Below the pieces are notes generated by a model, which saw nothing but the letters and a program-made list of their open reading frames with translations, searched no databases and was not told the origin of the DNA. 64,000 bases of DNA from positions 32,001 to 96,000 of the forward strand of contig CAWVVV010000005.1 in NCBI GenBank assembly GCA_963933835.1, in the 5' to 3' direction. The DNA is from an uncultured Puniceicoccaceae bacterium. Lineage in GTDB: Bacteria; Verrucomicrobiota; Verrucomicrobiia; Opitutales; Oceanipulchritudinaceae. This document shows, one piece after another, positions 48,418 through 58,279 of the stretch (position 1 is its first letter; each line of letters starts with the position of its first letter). A program made the translations under genes and the position numbers.

Positions 48418-49527
48418 ATGATCAAAAGACTCACTCCTTTCTCCCTTTTACTTTTTGTTCTGATCGCACCGACGGCTGACGCTTCATGGTGGTGGCCTTT
48501 TTCCGCCCCACCGCGAGATGACTCAGTAGCCGAGCAAACGGTAGATTCCAAGAAGCTCTACGAACGCGCGCTCAGACAGCGGGCAGATAACCGGCTCTCA
48601 AGTGCCGCGAAGAACTTCAAGACGATCTACAAGAAGTATCCCGGGGCCGACTTTGCCGCCGATGCGACCTTTCAGTACGGAGAGATTAAGTTCCAAAAGA
48701 ATTCATGGAAAAAGTCCTTTCTGGCCTTCCAAACACTCCTCATCAGGCACCCAGACTTTGAGAACTTCGACCAGGTCGTCGATTACCAGTTCCGAATCTC
48801 TCTGAATCTCGCAAATGGCGTTGGCCAACGCTACCTGTTCATCTTCCCGCACCGTGCTTGGGAACGCTCCGCTTCTTACTTTGAAGTTCTGATTCAAAAT
48901 GCACCCTACAGTGACCTAGCGCCCTTGGCCTTGATGAATGTCTCGCTCATTCACCAACACTCGGGCAACACCGCACGCGCTGTCGATGCGCTCGACCGCT
49001 TGATCAATCTCTACCCAGAAAGTTTGCTCGCCGATGATGCTTACTTGGAGCTCGGCAACACCTTCGCTAGCCTCAACGACGGCCCCCTCTACGATCAAGG
49101 TTCGACCCGCGAAGCGTTGAGCTACTACGAAGACTTTCTCGTCCTGTTCCCCGATCACCCAGAGATTGGACAAGGTGAAGTTGGCCTGAGCGCAATGCGC
49201 AACGCCAACGCCCAGAGCAAACTGGTCATCGGTGAATATTATTACCGCCACCGGAAGTGGTATCAGGCCGCTGAGATCTTCTTCAACGAAGCCATCACGC
49301 TCGCTCCTGAATCTGAAGCCGCCAGTGAAGCCCGAGAATACCTCGCAAAAATCGAAACGAAGGGACTCAAAATAGCCGCTGCCGCTGCCAATGCACCCAG
49401 CAAAGAAAACGTCCTCCGCCCTCGCACCACTTGGGTAGAGCGCATGATGTTCTGGAAGAAAAAGTCCCACGATGGCGGCACAACCGAAACTCAAGCTGTT
49501 GACGAAATCTCCCCGTCGGAATCCTAG
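48418..49527 (+). CDS. bamD: Outer membrane assembly factor BamD-like TPR protein
   Basis: Signal peptide, TPR repeats with YP/HP caps, YDQGSTREA and IGEYY; followed by an lptE-like gene. Confidence 0.75.
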   Translation: MIKRLTPFSLLLFVLIAPTADASWWWPFSAPPRDDSVAEQTVDSKKLYERALRQRADNRLSSAAKNFKTIYKKYPGADFAADATFQYGEIKFQKNSWKKSFLAFQTLLIRHPDFENFDQVVDYQFRISLNLANGVGQRYLFIFPHRAWERSASYFEVLIQNAPYSDLAPLALMNVSLIHQHSGNTARAVDALDRLINLYPESLLADDAYLELGNTFASLNDGPLYDQGSTREALSYYEDFLVLFPDHPEIGQGEVGLSAMRNANAQSKLVIGEYYYRHRKWYQAAEIFFNEAITLAPESEAASEAREYLAKIETKGLKIAAAAANAPSKENVLRPRTTWVERMMFWKKKSHDGGTTETQAVDEISPSES

Positions 49528-49542
49528 ACCCCTTTAACGCCT

Positions 49543-50046
49543 ATGCCACGCTTCGCCTTTCTTTTCTTCACCATCCTCTTCGGAGCCCTTGCTGGCTGTA
49601 GCCATTACAAGTTAGGCACCGAAAGTGACGGAGATTTGACTGGACGGATATTTGTTGCGCCGGTCTTAAACGAGAGTGAAGCCCCACAGATCCGCGCCCT
49701 TCTAACGGATCAAATTCGCCGCCAATTTTCGAACCACCCCAACTGGCGCTTAGCCTCGTCGCGAAGCGATGCCGACTATCTACTCGAGGTAACAGTGATC
49801 GAATTCAGTCAGGCGATCGCTGCCGTTAGCAGCGTTGATACAGGTCGAGCAGCCTCTTACGACCTCAGCATCAGCGCTGCCATTGTGTTGACCACGAGCA
49901 GCGGAACAGTGGCAGATCAGAATACGGTCGAAGCTAGAACCGTGCTATTTGCAGTCCCCGGGCAGCCAGAAACGATTTACCAAGCGATGCCGGGCCTGAG
50001 CCAGCAGCTCTCAGAAGCGATTGTCCGCGAAGTAACCTTTCACTGA
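49543..50046 (+). CDS. lptE: LPS assembly lipoprotein LptE-like
   Basis: Lipobox LAGC followed by SHYKLG; size and C-terminal helix fit LptE. Confidence 0.7.
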   Translation: MPRFAFLFFTILFGALAGCSHYKLGTESDGDLTGRIFVAPVLNESEAPQIRALLTDQIRRQFSNHPNWRLASSRSDADYLLEVTVIEFSQAIAAVSSVDTGRAASYDLSISAAIVLTTSSGTVADQNTVEARTVLFAVPGQPETIYQAMPGLSQQLSEAIVREVTFH

Positions 50047-50158
50047 AGCCAGACCCATCCGCCTCAAACCTAGAAGGCGGCGAAGAGAGTCGCTCCGAAG
50101 CATTGGTTTATGCAATTAATGCGCGACAGGTCATCGGGCTTGGTTAAAACTAGAAACC

Positions 50159-51937
50159 ATGCCCCTCCCGAAGACTGATCGCAGCGCTTTTTGCGTTCTA
50201 TGCCTGCTCCTCACCTCTTGTTTTACCGGAGCCCTACACCCTGAGACTCAAGTCGTAGGAACCCAAGCTGAGCTCTTTTCGGCCCTCGAGCAGATCAAAG
50301 CCGGTGAGACCGTGCAGCTGGCTTCAGGGACATGGGAAGATCTCAACCTCGTCCTCGATATGGAAGGGACGGAGGAAGCACCCATCCATATCATCGGTGC
50401 GGCAGATGGTTCGACCGTCATTACAGGCATCTCTTCGATTCAAATTGGCGGCGATCACATCGAGATCGCCAACTTACACTTTCGCAACGCCGAGCCACCT
50501 GAGAATTCACGCACGCGCAATCAAGTCAGCCAAGGGGTTGTATACGAGCCCGTAAACCGAGCTAGAGTTGGAGGCCAACGCGACGCACTGGTCCAATTTC
50601 GGATTGGGAAAGAGGACTATGCTCAGCACTGCCGTATGACCAACTGTTGGTTTGAGGACTGTAATCCAGCTGACCCCGACCGGCGCTATATGTGGGTACG
50701 ACTTTACGGGCGCGAGCACCGCATCGATCATAACCTATTCTCTGGGATGGAACACAGGGGCGTCATCATCCAAGCCGTCATAGTTGAGGATGACGCTCAG
50801 CACCGGATCGATCACAACCACTTCCTTGATCGTGCTCCCGGCGACAGAAACAGCTTCGAAACGATACAATTCGGCCATAGCTACCACTCTGAAAAAGACG
50901 GAAACAGCATCATCGAGAACAACCTCTTCGAAGCCTGCGATGGAGAGACTGAAATCATCTCGGTCAAAACCTGCGGGAACATTATCCGCGGCAACATCTT
51001 CTATCGCTCCCGCGGCACCCTCACACTTCGTCACGGCGACAATAATTTGGTCGAAGGCAACAGCTTCCTCGGCGAGAACAAAGCAGGCGCCGGAGGCATC
51101 CGCATCATCGGCCGCAACCACCGCGTCGCTAATAACTACTTCGAGGGTGTGTCTGGAACAACCGGTGCCACCATCGTCATCTATACCGGCATCCCCGACT
51201 CCCCGCTCAACGGCTATTTCGAAGCCCATAACGCCGTGGTCGAAAACAATTTCATCTACAATGCACACGGCAATGGCATCCACCTAAACGGAGGCTATGG
51301 CGCTCGAGGAAGAACCCTCTTTCCAAAGAACGTCACTGTAGCGAATAATCTGATACACCTCTCGTCCAACTCCCCTGTGCAAATCATCGGCGAACTGGAT
51401 GATGCCACCCTCACCGGCAACGTCCTCGCCGAAGGCAACGAAACAGGCCAACGTAGGATGGAGGGGTTCACGGTTAAGAAGCTGTCTTTTGAGCGGAAGG
51501 ATGATGGATTCCTTACCGCCCTCGATGAGACCGGCAGCGCTGTCTTCGAATTCAGTGGCCAAGCGCCGCGCCTACTCGAGCGCTCTGAGGTCGGTCCGAA
51601 CTGGCTAAGCCCGTTGAAGCCACTTGGAACGTGGAACCCAGATTCAACTGCGCACCCAGATCAAATAACGCGACCACGACTCACCCCTCACGCTCGATCA
51701 GACTCTGAAGAGCTACTTGCTGGGAACCGTTCGAGAGCGGCCAATCTTGAGTCATCATTCCAGCCGATCGGAGAAAATCCTTCAAAGCATTCTGCAAATC
51801 GCCCGGCCACCAATGCAGCCAATGGGTATAGAGGTCTGGCTTATCAAAATGCACCGCAGCGAGCGGTAGCAGCCCATCGATCAAGAGTGTATCCGCGCGC
51901 GGAGAAGCAACTTGGTCCGACCAAACCTCTCCGGTGA
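50159..51937 (+). CDS. Polysaccharide lyase family 6 (alginate lyase/chondroitinase B-like) with a run-on C-terminus
   Basis: Beta-helix Asn-ladder repeats (RIDHN), EIISVK and TLTLRHG (catalytic Lys/Arg), GGIRIIG. After VGPNW the frame runs 257 bp antisense into the next gene. Confidence 0.85.
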   Translation: MPLPKTDRSAFCVLCLLLTSCFTGALHPETQVVGTQAELFSALEQIKAGETVQLASGTWEDLNLVLDMEGTEEAPIHIIGAADGSTVITGISSIQIGGDHIEIANLHFRNAEPPENSRTRNQVSQGVVYEPVNRARVGGQRDALVQFRIGKEDYAQHCRMTNCWFEDCNPADPDRRYMWVRLYGREHRIDHNLFSGMEHRGVIIQAVIVEDDAQHRIDHNHFLDRAPGDRNSFETIQFGHSYHSEKDGNSIIENNLFEACDGETEIISVKTCGNIIRGNIFYRSRGTLTLRHGDNNLVEGNSFLGENKAGAGGIRIIGRNHRVANNYFEGVSGTTGATIVIYTGIPDSPLNGYFEAHNAVVENNFIYNAHGNGIHLNGGYGARGRTLFPKNVTVANNLIHLSSNSPVQIIGELDDATLTGNVLAEGNETGQRRMEGFTVKKLSFERKDDGFLTALDETGSAVFEFSGQAPRLLERSEVGPNWLSPLKPLGTWNPDSTAHPDQITRPRLTPHARSDSEELLAGNRSRAANLESSFQPIGENPSKHSANRPATNAANGYRGLAYQNAPQRAVAAHRSRVYPRAEKQLGPTKPLR

Positions 51938-52904
51938 TTGATTTACGCAGCGCACCCAGTTTTAGCCGGCGACGATAGGCCCGGGCGCATTCCTCCGCTT
52001 CCCCAGCGCGGTCATCGCTTTGAAGAATCTCAGCTAAGCGATCTGGCCAGTTGGGAACCGTCGTCACGAGTCGCGCATACTGTTCTAAACGGCGGCGCGG
52101 ATGATTGGCAGGGCGATTGCCTTGTAACTGCCAACGTTTTTCGCTAAAGCGCTTTTGAAGTTCATCGGCATCGACTGCCTTCCACTTCGACAAAGGAAAT
52201 TACAATCCGAGCTCCGCCATGGGTCCTCGGTTTCGACTGTATCCAAGGATTTCGAGGGCGGCTTGATGGCAGGCCTCAGGCCAACTGCCAGCCGCATCTA
52301 GGCGTTTTTGGGCGTAGTGGCATTTCTGCTTCCAGCGCACCGAGGCAGCCGCACGCAGGCGTTCGCGTCGCTCGGGCAATGAAAGCTGAAGCAGCGGCGC
52401 AGCGAGCTCGAGCGGATCAGTTTGTTCGAGCGCAAAGAGTGCATCCTGCATCGCATAGGCCTCTAGGCCCTGCATCAGTAAAGGCGCGAGATTGAGCAAA
52501 GGGATCTCGCGACCCGTCGAGGTGCGACACGGGGGCGATTTACCCGCTCCGTCAAAGAGCACAACATGCAGCACAACCCCATCAAAGGTCGGATTCGAAT
52601 CGTGCTGATGGGCTTTCCAGTCACGCTCATAAAAATGAATCTCGACGTCTCCTAGGATCCGTTGCCCCGCCAGCTCGATTTCAGCTCCGATGAAATCAGG
52701 ACCGCCGAGGCGATTCCATCGACCGGTCTGAATCACTTTAAGCGACCGCCCATCCGCGACCTCGAGCCCTTCTTGTCGGAAATCCCGCCGCTGCCAGATT
52801 TTCTGCACGAGCAATTCGGGGATTCCCACCGGCCCGTAAAGGCCAGGAACCTCCGCGATGGCCAAGTCAGCCGCGTTGATCGGGGGTTGATACATCAATG
52901 CCAA
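51681..52904 (-). pseudogene. DUF2851-type protein split by an in-frame TAA
   Basis: GRWNRLGGPDF, GDVEIH, HQHDSNP, VVLHVV and RPANHPRRRL motifs; both ORFs are in the same frame, separated only by TAA at 52200-52202. Confidence 0.8.
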
Positions 52905-53098
52905 CTCCTCTCTCCAAATAGCACATCGTTGACTCCCTCACCTCCGACCTTCAGGTCGCTATGCACAACGGACCACGCATGTGCTCGGAAATCACCATCG
53001 ATGAGAAGACTGCTGGCCGGATTCATAGAATGAGAATGATGGTTGCAGGAAAAAAAGACGGAACTTAGCTTCGCTTAAACTAGTCACTATCGACTGTC

Positions 53099-54781
53099 AT
53101 GGAAGACCCAATTTACGTTATCGGCCACAGGAATCCGGATGCAGACGCGATCTGTTCTGCAATCGGCTACGCTGCCTATAAACAGGCCCTCGGACAAACT
53201 CAGTTTCAAGCCGCTCGCTGTGGAAACTCAAATACGCGTATCGACTGCATCTTGAAAACATTCGAAGTCCCCCTGCCGCAATTTCTGGGCGACGTCACTC
53301 CGCGCGTGAATGACATCATGGTGAAGGGCGTGCACAAGATTCGGAGCGATGCCGTCTGCGCCGAGGCGCTCATTATGTTCGACGAACATGACGTGCGAAC
53401 CCTCCCTGTCGTCGATGATGAGAATAAGCTCTGTGGTATCTTAAACGTTTTCGACCTCGGCCGATTTTTCATCCCCCGTCCAAATCAGTGCCAAGAGATG
53501 CGCAAGGTTGTCACGAGTATCAATGACATCGTCCGCGCCCTTGACGGTAAGATTATCCACGCCGTCGAGCCTGATCGTGAGGAGGAAGTCTATGTCCGCA
53601 TTGGTGCAATGGATATCCGTTCGTTTGGGAAATACTATACGAAAGAAAGCGATCTTGCACAGCAAAGCATCATCGTCGTCGGTGATCGCTACGACATTCA
53701 GCAGCGCTCGATTCAGCTCGGGGTGCGCATGGTTGTCATCACGGGAGACCTTCCGGTGGATGACGATGTCGTCAGCCTCGCGAAAGAAAAAGGGGTCAGC
53801 ATCATCAGCAGCCCGATCGACTCGGCCAGCACATCGACGCTCATTCGCAGTGCCACGCGAGTGAATAAAGTGATGCATGCCGCGGTTTCTAAATTTGGAC
53901 CTGATGACCGCGTAGACAGAGTTCGCCGTAAGATTAGAAACATAGCAACGCCAGCGCATGTCGTCGTCGATGAAGACGAGAGCGTCTTGGGCGTTTTCAC
54001 GAAAACGGACTTGCTTAAGCCTTCCAGTATTTCACTCGTTCTCGTCGACCACAATGAGATCGCTCAAGCTGTCCCGGGTGCCGACAAAGTCACGATTCTT
54101 GAAATCGTCGATCACCACCGCTTGGGCAACCCTCCGACCGAACAGCCCATCCTTTTCGTCAACCGTCCGCTCGGTTCGACCTCGACGATTGTAGCAGAAA
54201 TGTTCCTACGAGACCGGATCGACCCAAGCCCAGCCATCGCCGGTGTGCTCATGGGTGGAATCATATCGGACACTTTGAATCTCAAGGGGCCGACCACCAC
54301 CCCGACGGATGGCTACATCCTCAGCTGGCTCGAAAACATCGCGGGCATCTCTGGTGATGACTTCGCCGAGAAGATCTTCGCCTCTGGCTCGGTCATCCTA
54401 AGCGAGACCCCCGAGAACGTCATCCGCTCGGACATGAAGGACTACACTGAAGGGGATGTTCGGTTCTCTGTTTCGCAGGTCGAAGAGCTGGGCTTCGATA
54501 ACTTCAAAGACCACGATGACGCCCTGATCGCAGCGCTCGAAGATGTGCGCAAAGCGGGTAACTATTATTTCTGTGCCTTGCTCGTCACCGACATCAACAC
54601 GCAAAACTCGCTCTTCCTCATCGCGGGCCCTGACGAATTTATCGAGCTCGTAAAGTATCCCCATAAGACGCAGGACGCCTTTGAGCTCAATGGTATCGTC
54701 AGTCGCAAGAAGCAGCTAATTCCCTACCTCATCGGTTTGATGCGGGCAGCGAACGAATCCGTCGAATCACTCTCGTCGTAA
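53099..54781 (+). CDS. ppaC: Mn-dependent inorganic pyrophosphatase (family II) with CBS and DRTGG domains
   Basis: GHRNPDAD, LVDHNE, IVDHHR, ISDT and SRKKQ; CBS/DRTGG insert. Confidence 0.93.
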   Translation: MEDPIYVIGHRNPDADAICSAIGYAAYKQALGQTQFQAARCGNSNTRIDCILKTFEVPLPQFLGDVTPRVNDIMVKGVHKIRSDAVCAEALIMFDEHDVRTLPVVDDENKLCGILNVFDLGRFFIPRPNQCQEMRKVVTSINDIVRALDGKIIHAVEPDREEEVYVRIGAMDIRSFGKYYTKESDLAQQSIIVVGDRYDIQQRSIQLGVRMVVITGDLPVDDDVVSLAKEKGVSIISSPIDSASTSTLIRSATRVNKVMHAAVSKFGPDDRVDRVRRKIRNIATPAHVVVDEDESVLGVFTKTDLLKPSSISLVLVDHNEIAQAVPGADKVTILEIVDHHRLGNPPTEQPILFVNRPLGSTSTIVAEMFLRDRIDPSPAIAGVLMGGIISDTLNLKGPTTTPTDGYILSWLENIAGISGDDFAEKIFASGSVILSETPENVIRSDMKDYTEGDVRFSVSQVEELGFDNFKDHDDALIAALEDVRKAGNYYFCALLVTDINTQNSLFLIAGPDEFIELVKYPHKTQDAFELNGIVSRKKQLIPYLIGLMRAANESVESLSS

Positions 54782-54807
54782 GAGCTCCGTTGCTTGAGGG
54801 AGAGCGC

Positions 54808-54841
54808 AAAAAAAATCCCTCCAGCTCTGCGCTGAAGGGAT
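54808..54841 (-). terminator. Rho-independent terminator of the PEP-CTERM gene
   Basis: - strand ATCCCTTCAGC-GCAGA-GCTGGAGGGAT followed by a T run. Confidence 0.8.
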
Positions 54842-54877
54842 CGAAAAAGAAAGAAAGAAAGAGACTCGTTGGGTTGC

Positions 54878-55470
54878 CTACGGTCGGCGACGGCGGCGTG
54901 AAGCCAGTCCGACTAGAAAGACGGTGAGCCCCAAGAGTGCTGATGAAGGCTCAGGAATCGCCGCGAAAGAAAAGAAAGTCATGTGACTCAGACTACCGCC
55001 GGGGACAGACCATCCACCGAGCTTAGTGCCTAATTCCGAGACGAAAACATTCGAACGTTTCACCCCAGGAGGGAGACTGGGAACATTGCCGCCTTTAGCG
55101 ACAGCTCCATACACAAGTCCGTTCGCTTCCCAAGTTCCTGCAGCGCCTGATCCACCAACGACATTTTTGACGAAGACATCGATGTCGACCGTCCCGTCAA
55201 AAGAAGCGCTGATCGTTCCGGCATCATTAAACCCAAGCGTACCAAGATAGACGACGTCCGCGATCACTTTGTCCGGATCAAATTGGCGATTCCAGAACTC
55301 CAAAAAACTGCTGCCTCAGCCGCAACTGGATTACCGCCGCTATAGGTATCGGTAGCTGAATAATCGAAATCATTCGGCCCCGGTAAAGCCGTGATCGAAG
55401 GAATATCGAGGCCAGCTGATAGACTTCCAGCGGCCAGAATAAGAGAAGATATTATAGATACAGTTTTCAC
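54878..55470 (-). pseudogene. PEP-CTERM sorting-domain protein, frameshifted at a T6 tract
   Basis: The signal peptide from GTG 55470 (MKTVSIISSLILAAGSLSA) is in one frame and the C-terminal IPEPSSALLGLTVFLVGLASRRRRRP in another; the switch is at 55302-55307. Confidence 0.82.
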
Positions 55471-55726
55471 AGTTAGGACAGATTGACAGATCTGAAGTAG
55501 GAATGGACCACAGAATACGTGGATTAGCAATGCAAAATAGTTAGATTAACGAGATTTACTAAGTATTTTACTTTATAAGCAAAACTCATCCTCGAAGCGT
55601 TTTGACCCGTGGTGGAGCAAAAAAGTGGGCCGTCCCTCCAGAATTGTTCGACGCGAGGACAATTGAGCCCTCAATAGGTTTTCCGACGCGCCAACCGACG
55701 CTCGGTTCGTAGCTATCCCCGTTCCT

Positions 55727-58279
55727 GTGGAAAAAAAACTCACCCCCATGATGCAGCAGTACCTCGAGGTACGGCGGAGCCTTCCGCCCGATACCTTACT
55801 CCTCTTTCGCCTTGGAGACTTCTACGAGATGTTTGGCGACGACGCCGTCGACGGGGCCAACCTCCTCGGTATCACCCTCACCCACCGCAATGGCCAGCAA
55901 ATGGCGGGCATCCCGCACCACGCTGCCGAGGGCTACCTGCAGAAAGTTCTCAACGCTGGAAGGAAAGTGGCGCTCTGTGAGCAGACTGAAGCCCCGAAGC
56001 CCGGACAGCTCGTCAAACGTGAGTTGACCCGCATCCTCACCCCTGGAACCGCTCTTGAGGACACCCAGCTCGACGCCCAGTCGAATCAATACCTCCTCGC
56101 CGTCGAGACCGACCGCGACCAGCTCCACGCCGCCTGGCTCGACCTCACTACTGGCAGCTTCGAAATCGCAACGACGAGTAAACCCGAGGAACTGCTCAAC
56201 ATCTTTCACGCTCTAAACCCCCGCGAGCTCATCCTTCCTGAGAGCGACGCACTCAGCCTGCCCGCGAGCGCAAACGCGGATCATGACGCCGCCTTCATCG
56301 AGGGCTGGAACAGTCTCACCGAAGGCCGCCTCCTCAACCGCCAGCCCGACTTCCAATTCGACCGCCGCGAAGGCGCTCGCCTCGTTCTCGAAACCCTTGG
56401 CGTCCTCAACCTCGAAGGCTTCGGCATTTCTAAGAGCCACCCTGCCCTCGGGGTCGCTGGAGCGCTCATCGCCTACACGACCGAGACCCTCTGCGCACCG
56501 CCGAAGAACATTCGCCGCATCCGCGAGTATCAGCTCAAGCACACCCTGCTCCTCGACAGCTCGACCCAGCGCAACCTCGAGATTTTCCGCACCAGTAATC
56601 ACCAGCGCAAAGGCAGCCTACTCGACATCATGGACGGCACCATGACCGCACCCGGCGCCCGCCTGCTCGAACAGTGGCTCACCGCTCCGACGCTCGACCT
56701 GCCTGTTCTCGTGCGGCGCCAAAGCACGATCGAAGAATTCCTCGAAGCCCCCGGTTACGGAAGCGAGCTGCAGGAGTATCTACGTGGTATCCGCGACGTC
56801 CCTCGCATTCTCGGCCGCTTGCGCAACCGTCTGCGCAATCCCCGCGAGCTCGGGGCGATCCGCGACACCCTCCTGCAAATTCCGCACCTGCGCGCTGTGC
56901 TCGCTCAGTTCGTCGGGCCTGTTGTCCAGAGCCTCGCTGACGATCTCGATGAGTTTCCGCAGCTCCGCGAGCTCCTCGTTCGCTCCCTCCACGAGGAACT
57001 CCCCAACCAGCTTCAAGACGGTGGTTACATCGCCGATGGCTACGACGACGAGCTCGACCACATCCGCTCCCTCACGCGCGACAGCAAAGAGTGGATCGCC
57101 TCCCTTGAAGCGGCTGAATCCCAGCGCACGGGAATCAAAAATCTCCGGATCAAGTTCAACAACGCCTTCGGCTACTTCATCGAAGTGACGAAAAGTAACC
57201 TTCACCTCGTGCCCGACGAGTATACGCGCAAGCAGACGATGACGAATGCGGAGCGCTACATCACGCCGGAGCTGAAGGAGAAAGAACGCGAAATTCTCAG
57301 CGCTGACGAGCGCTCAACCATCCGTGAAGAAGAGCTCTTTAAGGGCATCGTCGACGCTGTCCTCGCCGAAGCCGACGCCCTCGATAACACCGCCACCACT
57401 CTCGCTGAGATCGATGTCCTTCTCGGCTGGGCAAAGATCGCCCGCGAGTGGAACTACTGCCGCCCTGCTCTAGAAGAAACCGGCGCCCTCGAAATTGAAG
57501 CCGGGCGCCACCCCGTCGTCGAACAGTCCATGCTTGCTGATAAACTCAGCGGTATCTCCGGCCAGCACGACTTTGTTCCCAACAATACCCAGCTTTCGAC
57601 TGACGTAGAGCAGCTCGCCATCCTCACTGGCCCCAACATGGCGGGTAAGAGCACCTACATCCGTCAGGTCGCCCTCATTGCACTCATGGCGCAAGTCGGC
57701 GCATGGGTCCCCGCCAAGCATTGCCGCCTCGGTCTCGTTGACCGTATTTTCTCCCGTGTCGGGGCAAGTGATGAACTCTCCCGTGGTAACTCGACTTTCA
57801 TGGTCGAGATGAACGAGACCGCCAACATCCTCAATCACGCCACCGAGCGCAGCCTCATCATCCTCGATGAGATTGGACGCGGCACGAGCACCTATGACGG
57901 GCTCTCCATCGCCTGGGCGGTCGTCGAGCATCTCCACGGTACCGGCAAAGCCGGACCACGCACCCTTTTCGCTACGCACTACCACGAGCTCACTCAGATC
58001 GATCAACGCCTCGCCCGCGTCCGCAACTACTGCGTCGCGGTGAAAGAGTGGAACGACCAGATCATCTTTGTCCGCCAAGTCATCCCCGGCGCTGCCGACC
58101 GCAGCTACGGCATCGCCGTCGCCCGCCTCGCCGGCCTCCCAGACAGCGTCATCGAACGCGCCCAAGTCATTCTCGATAAACTCGAATCCGACGACACCTC
58201 CCACAACCTCCTCAAACAACACCTCCGCAAAGGACGTAGCGGCAGCAGCGAAGACAAGGGGCAGTTGGATTTGTTCTAA
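55727..58279 (+). CDS. mutS: DNA mismatch repair protein MutS
   Basis: TPMMQQY, GDFYEMF, TGPNMAGKST, STFMVEM, DEIGRGTST, ATHYHEL and C-terminal clamp motif QLDLF. Confidence 0.98.
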   Translation: MEKKLTPMMQQYLEVRRSLPPDTLLLFRLGDFYEMFGDDAVDGANLLGITLTHRNGQQMAGIPHHAAEGYLQKVLNAGRKVALCEQTEAPKPGQLVKRELTRILTPGTALEDTQLDAQSNQYLLAVETDRDQLHAAWLDLTTGSFEIATTSKPEELLNIFHALNPRELILPESDALSLPASANADHDAAFIEGWNSLTEGRLLNRQPDFQFDRREGARLVLETLGVLNLEGFGISKSHPALGVAGALIAYTTETLCAPPKNIRRIREYQLKHTLLLDSSTQRNLEIFRTSNHQRKGSLLDIMDGTMTAPGARLLEQWLTAPTLDLPVLVRRQSTIEEFLEAPGYGSELQEYLRGIRDVPRILGRLRNRLRNPRELGAIRDTLLQIPHLRAVLAQFVGPVVQSLADDLDEFPQLRELLVRSLHEELPNQLQDGGYIADGYDDELDHIRSLTRDSKEWIASLEAAESQRTGIKNLRIKFNNAFGYFIEVTKSNLHLVPDEYTRKQTMTNAERYITPELKEKEREILSADERSTIREEELFKGIVDAVLAEADALDNTATTLAEIDVLLGWAKIAREWNYCRPALEETGALEIEAGRHPVVEQSMLADKLSGISGQHDFVPNNTQLSTDVEQLAILTGPNMAGKSTYIRQVALIALMAQVGAWVPAKHCRLGLVDRIFSRVGASDELSRGNSTFMVEMNETANILNHATERSLIILDEIGRGTSTYDGLSIAWAVVEHLHGTGKAGPRTLFATHYHELTQIDQRLARVRNYCVAVKEWNDQIIFVRQVIPGAADRSYGIAVARLAGLPDSVIERAQVILDKLESDDTSHNLLKQHLRKGRSGSSEDKGQLDLF

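Noticed and set aside
2896..52202. Stop-codon reassignment explaining the in-frame TAG (EEP) and TAA (DUF2851)
   Set aside because: TAA, TAG and TGA all end conserved genes at expected positions in this window, and RF1 is intact.
57470..58222. 250-aa antisense ORF and other overlapping ORFs within mutS
   Set aside because: Shadow ORFs of a GC3-rich conserved gene.
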